A stretch of DNA of 64,000 nucleotides from Candidatus Aldehydirespirator sp. (GCA_965203575.1 OZ241894.1:2380322-2444321), one strand, 5' to 3'. Shown: positions 28,066 to 38,183, counted from the stretch's first letter. The notes: a model not told the origin generated them from the sequence alone. Translations and numbers: made by a program.

Positions 28066-28149
28066 AGGCCGAGCGAATAGAGGTGCATTCGGCGCATACG
28101 GGCGAGGCCGTGGCCCGAGCGGCCCGTGAGCGCAGCGAACAAGAGCGGG
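28064..28149 (+). repeat. intergenic repeat element, copy 3 of 3
   Basis: gaggccgagcgaata... + catacgggcgaggccgtggcccgagcggcccgtgagcgcagcgaacaagagcggga. Begins inside the TAG stop of the 27697..28065 gene. Confidence 0.85.
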
Positions 28150-28208
28150 AGTGGCGCCGGCCCGACTGCCGTCCATGGCGGCCCGGCGCGCCGTAGCATC
28201 GTGCCGCG

Positions 28209-29162
28209 ATGGCCTCGATCACACCGCCGGGCGGCTGGACCTACGGCGTAGCGCTGCCGGTCCACACACTCACCGCCACGCTGGCCGACCCCTGGGAGCA
28301 CACCGCCACCGTCGAGGACCTGGTGCGCATCGCCCGCAAGGCCGAGGGCACCGGCCACCACTTCGTGGGCATCACCGACCACGTCGCCATCCCCGACAAC
28401 GACTACGCGGCTCACATGAGCACCACCTGGTACGACACGGTGGCCACGCTGTCGTACCTGGCTGCGTGCACTGAGACGGTCAACCTGGCCTCGGTGGTGT
28501 GGATCGCGGCCTACCGCCATCCCCTGCAGACGGCCAAGTCCTTCGCCACGCTGGATCATCTCTCGGGCGGACGGGCCATCCTCGGCGTGGGGGCGGGGCA
28601 CGTGGAGGCCGAGTTCGAGGCGCTGGGGGTGGACTTCGAGGCCAGGGGCCGGCTGCTCGACGAGATCCTGGAGGCGGTGAGGGGAGCTTTCGCCGGCACC
28701 TACGTGAGCCACACCGGTGAGGCCTTCAGCTATTTCAACGTCGGAGTGGGGCCGCCGCCTGTGCGGGAGTTGCCCATCTGGGTGGGGGGCAGCGGCCGGG
28801 CCGCGTGGCGGCGTGCCGGGCGTCTGGGCGACGGCTACGTGCCGATGGGCAATCCTGTGTCGCAGTACGGCGAGATCATCGACACGATGAACGCCGCCGC
28901 GGCCTCCGCCGGCCGCGCCGGCGCTGGCTTCGACATCGGCTTCATGCCGCCGTGGTGCTATCTGCTGGCCGACGCCGCGCCCGAGGGTCTTCCACCGGTC
29001 ATGGCCTGCGGCGTGGAGCCTGTCGCGGCCAGCATCCGGGCCGGCCGGGCCGCGGGGGCCAACACCTTCCACCTCAAGTTCCGGACCCGCACCCTCGACG
29101 AGTACCTGGAGCAGTTCGACGTCTTCGCTGAGTCGGTCGTCCCCCTGGTAAACGAAGCCTGA
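28209..29162 (+). CDS. LLM-class (luciferase-like) F420-dependent oxidoreductase
   Basis: Luciferase-like TIM barrel sequence (…HHFVGITDHVAIP…LDHLSGGRAILGVGAGH…). Confidence 0.8.
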   Translation: MASITPPGGWTYGVALPVHTLTATLADPWEHTATVEDLVRIARKAEGTGHHFVGITDHVAIPDNDYAAHMSTTWYDTVATLSYLAACTETVNLASVVWIAAYRHPLQTAKSFATLDHLSGGRAILGVGAGHVEAEFEALGVDFEARGRLLDEILEAVRGAFAGTYVSHTGEAFSYFNVGVGPPPVRELPIWVGGSGRAAWRRAGRLGDGYVPMGNPVSQYGEIIDTMNAAAASAGRAGAGFDIGFMPPWCYLLADAAPEGLPPVMACGVEPVAASIRAGRAAGANTFHLKFRTRTLDEYLEQFDVFAESVVPLVNEA

Positions 29163-29183
29163 CCGCCGGCCAGCGCGCTCGCG

Positions 29184-30782
29184 CTAGTTGACGCGGCGGT
29201 CGCGGCCGGCCCAGAGCTGGTCACGCAGGGCGAACTTCTGGATCTTGCCGGTGGCGGTCTTGGGCAGGTCGCCGAACGTCACCGACTTGGGGGCCTTGAA
29301 GCGGGCGATGCGGGACTTCACGTGCTCGACGAGGTCGGCCTCGGTCACGGCTGCTCCCGCACGGAGCACCACGAACGCGGCCGGCACCTCGCCCCAGGTG
29401 TCGTCGGGGGCGGCCACCACCGCGCACTCCACCACGTCGGGGTGCGAGGCCAGGGCCTGCTCCACCTCGATGGAGGCGATGTTCTCGCCGCCGGAGATGA
29501 TCACGTCCTTGGCCCGGTCCCGCACCTCCACGTAGCCGTGGTCGTGCATCACGGCCATGTCCCCCGTCCGGAACCAGGTCCCGCCGGGCCCGTCCACCGA
29601 CGCCGTCGCGGTGGCCTCGGGATCCTTGTAGTAGCCGAGCATCACGTTGTTGCCGCGGATGGCGATCTCCCCTTGGGTGGCGCCGTCGGCGGGCACGTCG
29701 GCGCCGCCGGCGTCGATCACCCGCACCGATGAGGTCACCAGCGTGCCCACCCCCTGGCGGGCCTTGATCCGGGCCTGCTCGGCGGCGGGCAGGCCGTCCC
29801 ATTCGCTGCGCCAGTCGCAGATCAGCGAGGGACCGTAGGTCTCGGTCAGGCCGTACAGGTGGGTCACATGGATGTTGAGCTCGGCCATCTGCGCCAGCAG
29901 GGTGGGCGACGGGGGAGCGCCGCCGGTGCAGACCTTCACGGTGCGGGGCGCCGGCGCCGCGTCGGGGTGGTTGACCAGGCCGATCAGCACGGTAGGGGCG
30001 GCGTTGAAGTGGGTGACGCCGTCGTCGCGGATGTGGCGCCACACGATGCCCGGGTCCGGGGTTCGCAGCATCAGGTGCACTCCGCCCACCGCGGTGACCG
30101 CCCACGGGAAGCACCAGCCGTTGCAGTGGAATATGGGCAGCGTCCACAGGAACACTGCGTCGCTGTCGAGGCCGCACTGGGCGGCCATGGCCAGCGCATT
30201 GAGGTTGGCGCCCCGGTGCGAGTACATGACGCCCTTGGGGTTGCCGGTCGTGCCCGACGTGTAGTTGAGGCTCAGCACGGAGTGCTCGTCGGTGATCTCG
30301 ACCCGGTGGGGTTGCGCGGCCGCCAGCAGGGCCTCGTACTCGCAGTCGGAGGCGCCGGACGCACCGGCGTCCTGCGACAGCACCAGCCGCAGGCCCGGCA
30401 CCCTCTCCTGCACGGATCGGGCCACATCGGCCAGGCCGTGGTCGGCGAACAGCACCTTGGACTCCGCGTGATCCACGATCCAGGCCAGCTCCGGTGCCGA
30501 CAGCCTGGAGTTCAGCGCGTTGAACACCACCCCGGCCATGGGGAACCCGAAGGTGGCCTCCAGAGCCATCGACACGTTGGGGGCCAGCACCGACACCGCG
30601 TCGCCCGGCTCGAGGCCCAGGTCGACGGTGGCTCCGGCCAGCCGCTCGCAGCGGTCGGCGAATTCCTCGTAGCTGCGCCGCAGTGGTCCGTCCACCACTG
30701 CGGGGCGGTCGCCGTGCACCAGCCGGGCCCGGTCGAGGAAGGAGACCGGCGTGAGCGGCACCGGCACGAACGGTGAGGTCAT
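29184..30782 (-). CDS. AMP-forming acyl-CoA synthetase
   Basis: YTSGTTGNPKGV (A3) and WFRTGDMAV (A8) motifs. Start set at ATG 30782 (MTSPFVPVPL...). Confidence 0.85.
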   Translation of the reverse strand: MTSPFVPVPLTPVSFLDRARLVHGDRPAVVDGPLRRSYEEFADRCERLAGATVDLGLEPGDAVSVLAPNVSMALEATFGFPMAGVVFNALNSRLSAPELAWIVDHAESKVLFADHGLADVARSVQERVPGLRLVLSQDAGASGASDCEYEALLAAAQPHRVEITDEHSVLSLNYTSGTTGNPKGVMYSHRGANLNALAMAAQCGLDSDAVFLWTLPIFHCNGWCFPWAVTAVGGVHLMLRTPDPGIVWRHIRDDGVTHFNAAPTVLIGLVNHPDAAPAPRTVKVCTGGAPPSPTLLAQMAELNIHVTHLYGLTETYGPSLICDWRSEWDGLPAAEQARIKARQGVGTLVTSSVRVIDAGGADVPADGATQGEIAIRGNNVMLGYYKDPEATATASVDGPGGTWFRTGDMAVMHDHGYVEVRDRAKDVIISGGENIASIEVEQALASHPDVVECAVVAAPDDTWGEVPAAFVVLRAGAAVTEADLVEHVKSRIARFKAPKSVTFGDLPKTATGKIQKFALRDQLWAGRDRRVN

Positions 30783-30869
30783 GGCAGGCAACGCTATGTG
30801 ACCGAATTCACGAATGCGACGGCCGGCACCGGCCATTCAATTGACAAGCAGAAGCAGAAGGAGAGAAAC

Positions 30870-31223
30870 ATGGCTTACGCAATCGCCATCGTGGTCTTCC
30901 TGGTGCTGCCGGCCGTTGCCGCTGCAGCCAGGATTGCCGCCCATCAGCGCCATGGAGCGCACGGCCGTCCCGATCTCGAGGCCGGCCACACCAGGGACCT
31001 GAAGCCGGCAGCGAGTGTGGCTTACAACAACTTGCTGCTTCAGGCTCGAGAGGATGCTTCGGGCGCCCGCACCCGCCGCAAGGACCGATCGGCCACTCTG
31101 AGGCCTGTCTTCAATCTCGGTGCCACACCAGCTCCCGAAGAGGTAAGCCCTTGGGCTTCCGACGAGGCCATCCGCAGGGAGTTCGACCGGGACTCGTCCG
31201 ACGGTCACGGCCGAGCGGCATAG
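30870..31223 (+). CDS. hypothetical small membrane-anchored protein
   Basis: ATG 30870 after gaaggagag RBS; MAYAIAIVVFLVLPAVAAAA... TM anchor. Confidence 0.45.
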   Translation: MAYAIAIVVFLVLPAVAAAARIAAHQRHGAHGRPDLEAGHTRDLKPAASVAYNNLLLQAREDASGARTRRKDRSATLRPVFNLGATPAPEEVSPWASDEAIRREFDRDSSDGHGRAA

Positions 31224-31228
31224 GGGCG

Positions 31229-32968
31229 CTAGGCGTCGCTCACCAGCCGGGCCCGCAGCTCGTGCTTGAGCACCTTGCCTGAAGCATTGAGCGGCAGCTC
31301 CGCTGTGAAGGTGACGCCGCGGGGGGCCTTGTAGTTGGCCATCCGCTCCCGGCACCATGCCACCAGCTCGGCCCCGTCGGCCTCGGTGGCGGCCGCGCCC
31401 GGTGCGGGCACCACGAAGGCGTGGCCCACCTCGCCCAGGCGGTCGTCGCGCCGGCCCACCACCGCCACCTGGCCCACTGCCGGGTGGGCCAGCATCGTGG
31501 CCTCGATCTCGGCCGGGTAGGCGTTGAACCCGCCGCAGATGAACATGTCCTTGAGCCGGTCGGTGATGGCGACATAACCGGCCGCGTCCATGGTGCCGAT
31601 GTCGCCGGTGTGCAGCCACCCGTCGGCGTCGACGGCGCCTGCGGTGGCCTCCGGGTCGTCGAGGTAGCCGTCCATGACGTTGTAGCCCCGCACCACGATC
31701 TCACCCGGCTCGCCGCGGGGTAGTTCGGCGCCGCCCGGGCCGACAACCCGCACTTCCACGTCGTCGATGGCCCGGCCCGACGTTGCCGAGATCGTTTCGG
31801 GGGGATCATCGTGGCGGCACATGGTGGCGATGCCGGAGGCCTCGGTGAGCCCGTAGCCGGTCACCACCACCTCGAAGCCGAGCCGGTCGCGCATGGCCTC
31901 GATCATCGGTACCGGCACGGGAGCGGCGCCGGTCACCGCTAGGCGCAGGGTGGACATGTCGAACGTGTCGAGGTCGGGATGGTTGAGGATGGTCTGGTAG
32001 ATGGCGGGCGGGCCGGGCAGCACCGACACCCGCTCCGCGGGGATGCGGGCCATCACCGAGGGCACGTCGAACACCGGATGGGGGATCATCGTCGCCCCGG
32101 TCATCAAGCAGGCCAGGATCCCGGCGTTGAGGCCGAAGGAGTGGAAGAACGGGTTGACGATCAGGTACCGGTCGCCGTGGCGCAGGCCGATCACCGAGGC
32201 CCAGTTCCGGTAGGCGCGGCAGACCGCTCCGTGGTTGAGCACGACTCCCTTGGGTCGGCCCGTGGTGCCGGAGGTGAACATCACGTGGCAGGGGTCGCTG
32301 CGCCACACCGGGCGGTGGTGGCCGGGCTCGGGCGCCGCGGCCCTGGCCGTGAAGTCGGCGAAGCTCTCGGCGCCGGGCGGAACGGGGCCGCGCATGACCA
32401 CGGTGGCCTCGACCGACTCGGGCATGCCGTCCTTCGCCGCCCTGAGCAGGCCCAGATGGTCGGCGCCCAGGAAGTCGGTGACACAGAACAGGACCCGGGT
32501 CCGGGCCGCGCCGAGCACGTAGGCGGTCTCGTCTCCCTTGAACCGGGTGTTGACCGGCACGACCACACCGCCCATGGCATGGACGCCGAGCGCGGCGACA
32601 GCCCACTCCCAGGTGTTGTGGCCCCACACTGCGGCCCGGTCGCCCGGTGCCAGTCCCCACGCTCGCAGGGCCTCGGCCATGGTGGCGACCCGGTTGCGCA
32701 GGTCCGCGAACGACATCCGCAAGTCGCCGTCCACCAGAGCCTCGGCGTCGCCGAAGCGGTCCGCGGCGTCGTCCACCAGCGCACCGATGGTGTCGGGCAG
32801 GCCGGGGGCGGCGTGGGTGTTGCGGGGCGTGCCGGCGGATGACGCAGTCGTGGCGGCCAGCGGGTCGCCGGCGTCGGCCAGGCGCCGGCGCGATCGGCTC
32901 TGCGTGAGGGAGCCCTCAGCGCCGGAGCGGTCCGGCGTCGCCTGCGGTCCGGCAGAGTCCTCAGGCAT
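31229..32968 (-). CDS. AMP-dependent synthetase/ligase (FadD-like)
   Basis: MFTSGTTGRPKGV and GWLHTGDIGT motifs. The annotated start overlaps the P450 stop by 8 nt; the true start could be internal. Confidence 0.8.
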   Translation of the reverse strand: MPEDSAGPQATPDRSGAEGSLTQSRSRRRLADAGDPLAATTASSAGTPRNTHAAPGLPDTIGALVDDAADRFGDAEALVDGDLRMSFADLRNRVATMAEALRAWGLAPGDRAAVWGHNTWEWAVAALGVHAMGGVVVPVNTRFKGDETAYVLGAARTRVLFCVTDFLGADHLGLLRAAKDGMPESVEATVVMRGPVPPGAESFADFTARAAAPEPGHHRPVWRSDPCHVMFTSGTTGRPKGVVLNHGAVCRAYRNWASVIGLRHGDRYLIVNPFFHSFGLNAGILACLMTGATMIPHPVFDVPSVMARIPAERVSVLPGPPAIYQTILNHPDLDTFDMSTLRLAVTGAAPVPVPMIEAMRDRLGFEVVVTGYGLTEASGIATMCRHDDPPETISATSGRAIDDVEVRVVGPGGAELPRGEPGEIVVRGYNVMDGYLDDPEATAGAVDADGWLHTGDIGTMDAAGYVAITDRLKDMFICGGFNAYPAEIEATMLAHPAVGQVAVVGRRDDRLGEVGHAFVVPAPGAAATEADGAELVAWCRERMANYKAPRGVTFTAELPLNASGKVLKHELRARLVSDA

Positions 32969-34295
32969 CCCAGGCCACTAGCAGCTTTCTGGGGCCGCGG
33001 AAGGTGATGTTGGCGAAGCGCTCCAGGCTCTGGCCCTCGACCAGCCGCAGAGACGGGATCCGCTCGGTCAGAACCTCCAGGGCGACGGTGGCTTCCAGGC
33101 GGGCCAGGCGGGCGCCCAGGCAGAAGTGGATGCCCTTGCCGAAGGAGATGTGGTTGCGGGCATTCGGCCGGTGGATATCGAATTCGCCGGCGTCGTCGAA
33201 GATGTCGGGCTGGTGGTTGGCCGCGGCCAGGCTCATGAAGACGTTGGTCCCGGCGGGCACCCTCACCCCGGCCACCTCGGCGTCGACGTTGGCGACGCGC
33301 CGCCAGCTGGTCTGGGGCGACTCGAAACGCAGCACCTCCTCCAGCGCGGCCGGTATCAGCGACGGGTCCGCGCAGAGCTGATCCCACTGGTCGGGGCGCG
33401 ACAGCAGGCAGATCAGCGAGTTCGACAGGAAGTGGCTGACGATCTCGTGACCCGCGAAGGACAGGCCGTAGACGATCGACTCCACCTCCCGGTAGGTGAG
33501 TTCGTCTGGGTCGGCCTTGTGGACCGCCAGCAGCTCGGAGGCGAAGTCGTCGCCGGGGTCGTCGACCTTGGCGGCCACCACGCTGCGGCAATAGCGCCAG
33601 TAGGCCAGCATCTTGTGGGCGATGTCCGTCTGTTCGGCCTCGGTGGGCTTGCCCCAGCTGAAGGCCAGCCGGTCCGAGCACCATCCCTTGAGCTTCTCGT
33701 CGTCCTCTTCGGGGAAGCCGATGAACCGGAAGATCGTCTCGCCCGGCAGGGGATGCGCGAACACCGGCACGAAGTCGGCGGGGGATCCCGCGGCCAGCAG
33801 GGCGTCGGCGAGGTCGTGGCTGCGGCTGCGGATGTAGGGCTCCAGGATCCGCATGCGCCGGTTCGAGAAGCCCTGCTTGGTATGGTTGCGGATCCGGCCG
33901 TGGTCGGGCGGCTGGCGGTTGGACATGACCGCCACCGGGTTGAAGTCGGGCGCGGCCAGCACAGCGTGGGCGGCAGGGCTGAGGGGGAACACCGGGTCCT
34001 GCACGTTCTGGGACCCGAACGTCTCGGGATCCAGGAACACGTCGCTGACGTCCTCCATGCGGGTTACCACCAGGTAGCCGAGTTCGCTGGAGTAGAACAC
34101 CGGCATGTCCCTCAGCCCGTCCAGCACCGCGTACGGGTCGGCCAGATAGTCCGGCGCGAACGGCGTGAAGCCGGTCACCGGGCAACCCGACGGCGGGGGC
34201 GGCACCGCATCGGGCACCCGGTGATAGGAGGCCTCAGTCTGGGTCACTGATCGCCTGCTCCGAACTTCCGTCGATTGTTGCTCACATACGACCAT
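32961..34295 (-). CDS. cytochrome P450
   Basis: Heme-binding FGKGIHFCLGARLA and EEVLRFESP (ExxR). Start uncertain (ATG 34295 or GTG 34247); the track's 512-aa version is probably too long. Confidence 0.85.
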   Translation of the reverse strand: MVVCEQQSTEVRSRRSVTQTEASYHRVPDAVPPPPSGCPVTGFTPFAPDYLADPYAVLDGLRDMPVFYSSELGYLVVTRMEDVSDVFLDPETFGSQNVQDPVFPLSPAAHAVLAAPDFNPVAVMSNRQPPDHGRIRNHTKQGFSNRRMRILEPYIRSRSHDLADALLAAGSPADFVPVFAHPLPGETIFRFIGFPEEDDEKLKGWCSDRLAFSWGKPTEAEQTDIAHKMLAYWRYCRSVVAAKVDDPGDDFASELLAVHKADPDELTYREVESIVYGLSFAGHEIVSHFLSNSLICLLSRPDQWDQLCADPSLIPAALEEVLRFESPQTSWRRVANVDAEVAGVRVPAGTNVFMSLAAANHQPDIFDDAGEFDIHRPNARNHISFGKGIHFCLGARLARLEATVALEVLTERIPSLRLVEGQSLERFANITFRGPRKLLVAWDA

Positions 34296-34374
34296 AACGC
34301 CCGGACGCGGCTCCCGGAAGTTCGATGAGGGCCGAGGTTCCTCGCTCTGACGGCGCCGCGTTATGGTCTGAGCC

Positions 34375-35898
34375 GTGGCCAGGACGCTCACCGCCGCAAC
34401 CCGCCGGGTGCTGGGGTCCCGACGTCGACGGGACCGTGCGGCTGCCGTCCCGGCCGCCGCCACCGACGCCGCGCTGGTCGCCGACCTGGTCGAGGCCATC
34501 GGGGCCGACCGGGTGCGGGCCGACGCGGCAGCCCGCTACCTGGCCTCCCGTGACGCCTCCATCTACAAGGAGGGCAACGCCGGACCGGTGTGCTATCCCG
34601 ACTCCACCTCCGACGTGGTGGAGTGCGTGAAGGTCGCCACCCGCCACGGGCGGGCGGTGTCGCCCAGGGGGGCCGGCACCGGCCTCGCCGGCGGGGCCGC
34701 GCCGCTGGGCCAGCCCGTGGTCCTGTCGATGACCCGGATGGACAAGCTGCTGGAGATCGACCTCGACAACGGCGTGGCCTGGGTACAGCCCGGCATGGTC
34801 AACCTCGACCTCAGCCGGGCGCTGGCTCCCCACGGCGTGCACTACGCGCCCGATCCGTCCAGCCAGGCGGTATGCACCATCGGCGGCAACCTGGCCAACA
34901 ATGCCGGTGGCCCCCACTGCCTGGCCTACGGCGTGACCAGCGCCCATGTGCTGGCGGTGGAGGTGGTGATGTCGGACGCCTCCGTCGTCACCCTCGGCGA
35001 CATCACCGCCGAGCCGGCCGGCTACGACCTGCGGGGGGCGTTTGTCGGCTCCGAGGGGATGTGCGGCATAGCCACCGCCGTGGCCGTGCGCCTCACCCCC
35101 AACCCGCCCGCGGTGCGAACCATGTTGCTGTGCTTCGAAGACGTGTCGGACGCGGCAGCCACCGTCAGTGCCATCATCGCGGCCGGGATCGTGCCGGCGG
35201 CCATCGAGATGATGGACCAGCGCTGCGTCCGAGCGATCGAGGACTTCGCCCAGGCGGGCTATCCCGAGGACGCGGCCGCGGTGCTGCTGGTCGAGGTTGA
35301 CGGGGCCGAGGGGGGCGTGGCCATCGCCAGCGAGCGAGTGGACGGCATAGCCCGGCGGAACCAGGCCATCAGCGTGCGCATCGCGGCCGACGAGGACGAG
35401 CGGGCCCGGCTGTGGAAGGGGCGCAAGAGCGCGTTCGGGGCGGTGGCCAACGTGATGCCCGACTACTACCTGCACGACACGGTGGTGCCCCGCACCCGGC
35501 TGGTGGAGGTGCTCGAGCGGATCTACGAGATCGTCGATCGTCACGACCTGATCGTGCTCAACGTCTTCCACGCGGGTGACGGCAACCTCCATCCCATCCT
35601 GGCCTACGACTCCAGGGTGCCCGGCACCGTCGAGCGAGTGCACGCCGCGGGCCGGGAGATCATCGAGATGTCGTTGGACATGGGCGGGGCGCTCACCGGC
35701 GAGCACGGGATCGGGGTGGAGAAGCGCGAGTACATGAACCGCATGTTCAGCGCGGTGGACCTCGACCAGCAGAGCCGGCTGCGGGCGTCGTTCGACCCGC
35801 ACTGCCGCATGAACCCCGGCAAGGTGCTGCCCAGCGCCCACAGCTGCTCGGACATCGGCGCGTTGAGAGCCTCCGACGCCGCCGGTGTCTGGGGCTGA
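34375..35898 (+). CDS. glcD: FAD-linked oxidase, glycolate oxidase subunit GlcD-like
   Basis: PCMH-type FAD-binding domain (PRGAGTGLAGGA) plus C-terminal FAD-oxidase domain (GTLTGEHGIG-like GALTGEHGIGVEK). Confidence 0.8.
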   Translation: MARTLTAATRRVLGSRRRRDRAAAVPAAATDAALVADLVEAIGADRVRADAAARYLASRDASIYKEGNAGPVCYPDSTSDVVECVKVATRHGRAVSPRGAGTGLAGGAAPLGQPVVLSMTRMDKLLEIDLDNGVAWVQPGMVNLDLSRALAPHGVHYAPDPSSQAVCTIGGNLANNAGGPHCLAYGVTSAHVLAVEVVMSDASVVTLGDITAEPAGYDLRGAFVGSEGMCGIATAVAVRLTPNPPAVRTMLLCFEDVSDAAATVSAIIAAGIVPAAIEMMDQRCVRAIEDFAQAGYPEDAAAVLLVEVDGAEGGVAIASERVDGIARRNQAISVRIAADEDERARLWKGRKSAFGAVANVMPDYYLHDTVVPRTRLVEVLERIYEIVDRHDLIVLNVFHAGDGNLHPILAYDSRVPGTVERVHAAGREIIEMSLDMGGALTGEHGIGVEKREYMNRMFSAVDLDQQSRLRASFDPHCRMNPGKVLPSAHSCSDIGALRASDAAGVWG

Positions 35899-36841
35899 CC
35901 AGAGGCCGAGCGGGGTGGCTGACCTCGACGAGGCACTGACCGCCTTCGCGGCCGAGGTCGGCCCGGACGGGCCGGTGTGCGTGCGGGGTGGCGGGACCCG
36001 CTGGAGCCTGGGCGGGGACCCGTCGCCGGGCACCCGTGAGGTGCAGGCTCCGGCGGGCATTGTGGCCTTCGAGCCGGCGGAGATGACGGTGCGGGTGCGG
36101 GCCGCAACGCCGGTGGCCGAACTACACGCAGAGCTGGCTGAGGCCGGCCAGCGCACTGCTCTGCCCGAGCGCGCCGGGGGTACGGTGGGCGGAGCGCTGA
36201 TGGCGGGGGAGTCGAGCATCGCTCGCCTCGGGCTGGGGTCGGTGCGGGAAGCTCTACTTCAGGCCCGCTACGTGTGCGCCGACGGCCGGATCGCCAGCGC
36301 CGGCGCGGCCACGGTCAAGAACGTGAGCGGCTTCGACCTGTGCCGGCTGCTGGTCGGGTCGCTGGGCACGCTCGGCCTGATGGGCGAGGCGTTGCTGCGC
36401 ACCTTTCCGGTGGGGGAGACGGAGCGCTGGGTGCGCCTGGCCGGCGTCGATCCGGACGCGGTGCGGTCGTGCTACACAGCCGCGTCCGTGCTGTGGGACG
36501 GTGCCGATGTATGGATCCTGTTGAGCGGCTACGCGGTCGACGTGGACGCCGACCTGAGCCGGCTGACGGCGCTGGGCACCTGCGAGGACGTCGACGGCCC
36601 GCCCCGGCTTCCGCCCCACCGGTGGGTGTGCACGCCCGCGGAGGCCGCCTCCTTCGATGCCCGCAACGGCGCGGCCGACCCCTTCGTGGCCGAGATCGGC
36701 GTCGGGGTGGTGCATGCCTCCGAACCCCAGCCGCCCCGCCCGGTCGAGCAGGGTGTGGTCGAGCTGAACCGCCGCTTCAAGGAGCGCTTCGACCCGACCG
36801 GCCGCCTGAACCCGGGCCGCGACCCCCTGCGTAGGCCGTGA
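35885..36841 (+). CDS. glcE: FAD-binding subunit GlcE-like
   Basis: VRGGGTRWSLGG FAD-binding motif; overlaps the glcD end; followed by the Fe-S subunit. Start uncertain. Confidence 0.65.
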   Translation: MSGADQRPSGVADLDEALTAFAAEVGPDGPVCVRGGGTRWSLGGDPSPGTREVQAPAGIVAFEPAEMTVRVRAATPVAELHAELAEAGQRTALPERAGGTVGGALMAGESSIARLGLGSVREALLQARYVCADGRIASAGAATVKNVSGFDLCRLLVGSLGTLGLMGEALLRTFPVGETERWVRLAGVDPDAVRSCYTAASVLWDGADVWILLSGYAVDVDADLSRLTALGTCEDVDGPPRLPPHRWVCTPAEAASFDARNGAADPFVAEIGVGVVHASEPQPPRPVEQGVVELNRRFKERFDPTGRLNPGRDPLRRP

Positions 36842-36932
36842 TGGCTGCCGTGGCTCGACTCCGACGAAATTGGTGCGGATTCTGTACCTATAGGGGCGGA
36901 TTCGTCATCAATTTCGATTGCGGGAAGCCCTG

Positions 36933-38105
36933 ATGTATCTCGGTTTGGACGACGACGAGCTGGTCGCCTGCGTCTCGTGCGGGCTGTGCCTGCCGCACTG
37001 CCCCACGTTCGTGATCACCGGCCGGGACACCGAGTCGCCCCGGGGACGGATCGCGCTGATGCGAGCCGTGCAGAACGAGGGCGCACCGGTGACCGACGAC
37101 CTGGTCCGCTCGATCGAGACGTGCGTGCAGTGCCGGGGCTGCGAGACGGCCTGCCCGAGTGCGGTGCCGTTCGGCCATCTGATGGAGGGCACCCGGGCCG
37201 CGCTGGCCGGTGCCGGCCGGATCACGCCCGGCTGGCAGCGCCTGGCCATGCGGATGCTGCGGCACCGCCGCCTGCTGATGGCCGGCTCGACCCTGATGGC
37301 GCTGGCCATACGGCTGCGGCTGCTGCCGACGAGGCGCTTGGGGCTGCCGGCGAGGATGCCGCTGCGGCGCCCTCCGCTGCGAACCTCCGGCGACGACGTC
37401 TGGCTGTTCACCGGCTGCGTGATGGACGCCTGGCAGCGCGACGTGCACCTGGCCGTGCAGCGGGTGCTGGAGGCGGCCGGCGTGGGGGTGGAGCCCACCG
37501 GCGGGATCGCGCCGTGCTGCGGGGCTCTGCACATCCACGCAGGGCTGGAGTCCGAGACCAAGGACATGGCCCGCGAGGTGATGGCCGGCCTGTCCGGCGA
37601 CGACCGTCCCATCCTGGTGGACGCGGCCGGATGCGGCGCCTCGCTCAAGGACTACGGGCACCTGCTGGGGACCGACGAGGCCCGGGCCTTCTCGGCCCGG
37701 GTGTACGACGTCCATGAGTGGCTGGCCGAGCGCCTCGACGAGCTGGAGTCGCGGCGGCCGGCCGTTCCGCTGGATCTGACCGTGGCCGTGCAGGATCCCT
37801 GCCATCTGCGCCACGTGCAGCGGGCCCATCAGGCGGTCCCGGCGGTGCTGCGCCCCTTCGTGGCCGAGGTGGTCGCCCTCGACGACGACGGCCTGTGCTG
37901 CGGCGCCGGCGGCGCCTACTCGCTGATGGAGGCCGAGCTGTCGAGGGCCATCCGCGAGCGCAAGACCGCGGCGGTGGCCCGCTCGGGCGCGTCGGTGGTG
38001 GCCAGCGCCAATCCCGGCTGCTCGCTGCATCTGGCCGCGGCCGGCCTGGACGTGCGACACCCCCTGGAGCTGGTCGACCAGGCCCTCTCCGCCTCCCGCT
38101 TCTAA
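36933..38105 (+). CDS. glcF: (Fe-S)-binding subunit GlcF-like with CCG domains
   Basis: CVSCGLCLPHCP and CVQCRGCETACP ferredoxin motifs plus two Cys-rich CCG-type regions (CCG...DPCH). Confidence 0.8.
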   Translation: MYLGLDDDELVACVSCGLCLPHCPTFVITGRDTESPRGRIALMRAVQNEGAPVTDDLVRSIETCVQCRGCETACPSAVPFGHLMEGTRAALAGAGRITPGWQRLAMRMLRHRRLLMAGSTLMALAIRLRLLPTRRLGLPARMPLRRPPLRTSGDDVWLFTGCVMDAWQRDVHLAVQRVLEAAGVGVEPTGGIAPCCGALHIHAGLESETKDMAREVMAGLSGDDRPILVDAAGCGASLKDYGHLLGTDEARAFSARVYDVHEWLAERLDELESRRPAVPLDLTVAVQDPCHLRHVQRAHQAVPAVLRPFVAEVVALDDDGLCCGAGGAYSLMEAELSRAIRERKTAAVARSGASVVASANPGCSLHLAAAGLDVRHPLELVDQALSASRF

Positions 38106-38146
38106 CCCGTCCCTAGCCGGCCCGCCCCTCGCTCCTCCCCGAGTTT

Positions 38147-38183
38147 CCTGTAGTTGGGGACCTCTGGGGTCCTCAACTACTGG
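38147..38183 (+). terminator. 13-bp stem hairpin after glcF
   Basis: gtagttggggacc (38150-38162) / ggtcctcaactac (38168-38180), one G-U position, 5-nt loop, followed by gggatttgg. Confidence 0.55.

Noticed and set aside
32281-36219. ORFs 32281..34185 (-, 634 aa) and 34282..36219 (-, 645 aa)
   Set aside because: Off-frame or antisense to the ligase, P450 and GlcD/GlcE genes, which have diagnostic motifs; the translations are P/R/G-rich.
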